DNA of 56,983 nucleotides from a virus (Duplodnaviria > Caudoviricetes): positions 1 to 56,983 of the IMG/VR virus record IMGVR_UViG_3300046007_005671; one strand, given 5' to 3'. Every line of letters begins with the position of its first letter. The stretch's first letter is position 1. Below are positions 56,217 to 56,983 of the stretch, piece by piece. The notes beneath the pieces are model-generated. The model was not told the DNA's origin, made no database searches, and saw only the letters and a program-made list of their open reading frames with translations. The position numbers were made by a program, and so were the translations under genes.

Positions 56217-56360
56217 TCCCCGGCTTTGTATGACCAAGCGTTATGAGGAAGCGTCCGAACATAGCGCGGAGTTATAACGCTTTCGTGCGCACACGTGAGA
56301 AGCCCTGAGAGAAGCCCTGAGTGGTGGTGGAAGGATATTCGACGTCTGAAGACCCCCGTT

Positions 56361-56615
56361 TGTTCCACAATGATGGAACGGTGATGGAACGCACCACTGT
56401 CTCACAAGCCCCGTCCGACGCGGGTTTCGAGACACACAGCCCGTGTACCATTGTTCCATCTAATACCCCCCGCCTCGAACCATGCCGTTGACAGGGCAGT
56501 ACCCCCGCGTGCGCATGTAACAATGGAACACCGGGTCTTTTTTCGAATGGGAGGAGCGTTCCATTGTGCGTTCCATCTTGCTGGAACGGTGGAACGTGTC
56601 TTTTCTTGTTCCACC
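56361..56615 (-). repeat. Element B: GTTCCA/TGGAAC hairpin array, inverted paralog of 20452-20692
   Basis: 10 exact hexamers; shared blocks with element A. Confidence 0.85.
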
Positions 56616-56647
56616 AGCGTCGGGAGGTCCGACACGAGTACAGCGCA

Positions 56648-56983
56648 TTGCACGCCGTGGACGAATTAAACCACGAATTCGCGCAGTGCTACAAGTACGT
56701 CCTCGGTGCTACAGGCTTTTTTGTCGAGTCGCACGCTGTACGAACGCCACTCGGCTTGAGTCCAGTCGTTGGTAGCCAGCTCCGCCGCGTTGAACACGAA
56801 GACTTCGTCGCCGATTTGGACTACGAGCCACGTGTTGCCGCCGTACGTTTGGTGCCGGATCGCCCAGTAGCGTTGGCCGTTGGTCCAGTGCGCAAGCTTG
56901 ACGGTAGTGGTGGCTTTCGCGGGGAAGGCGTCGAGGCATTTCAGTTCGATCCAGCCGGTGAGCGGGCGGTCGTCGGTGCAGGG
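56648..56983. repeat. Right copy of terminal direct repeat (3' part of nuclease gene)
   Basis: Matches 1-336. Confidence 0.95.
56662..56694 (-). promoter_or_regulatory. Putative promoter TTGTAG-18-TTTAAT firing into element B
   Basis: GTGGTTTAATTCG box with TG extension; also at 15-47 in the repeat copy. Confidence 0.45.

Noticed and set aside
56180-56368. N-terminal extension of terS in the ORF track
   Set aside because: Runs through the promoter-like box and tandem repeat with atypical composition; MALPD start preferred
20452-56615. Recombinase-driven inversion of the structural module between elements A and B
   Set aside because: The copies are diverged with short identical blocks and no site-specific recombinase was recognised; not supportable without read evidence
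1-56983. tRNA genes, integrase, introns/inteins or stop-codon recoding
   Set aside because: None seen by eye; core genes are intact and of normal length in the standard code. tRNAscan was not run
1-56983. Frequent CGATCG/GCGATCGC suggesting cyanobacterial HIP1 and a cyanobacterial host
   Set aside because: Only a handful of full octamers were noticed; explainable by GC-rich codon usage and not quantifiable without k-mer counts

Overview
The window looks like an essentially complete, circularly assembled genome of a tailed dsDNA phage. The unit length is about 56,647 bp, and positions 1-336 are repeated with mismatches at 56648-56983. All credible genes are on the minus strand. Read along that strand, the order is: terminase small and large subunits, portal, GroES, scaffold, capsid, tail and fibre genes, a lysis cassette and probable ejection proteins (podovirus-like, with no tail tube or classical tape measure recognised). 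A replication block follows (AEP-type primase, SNF2 and UvrD helicases, two SSB-like proteins, family A polymerase). Next is a complete 2-aminoadenine (Z-genome) cluster (dpoZ-like polA, purZ, mazZ, datZ), then an NrdR-like Zn ribbon, an HDAC-family deacetylase and many small early genes driven by repeated sigma70-consensus promoter cassettes. The main unexplained signals are three. (1) Two diverged, inverted ~240-bp copies of a GTTCCA/TGGAAC hairpin-array element with compensatory changes sit at the two module junctions. (2) A [FYML]-[AKR]-x-G-G pentapeptide recurs in at least six otherwise unrelated proteins and may be a processing or virion-targeting tag. (3) The HDAC-family gene overlaps a tagged, possibly GNAT-like gene next to the Z cluster. 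All functional calls come from visual motif recognition; no searches were run.
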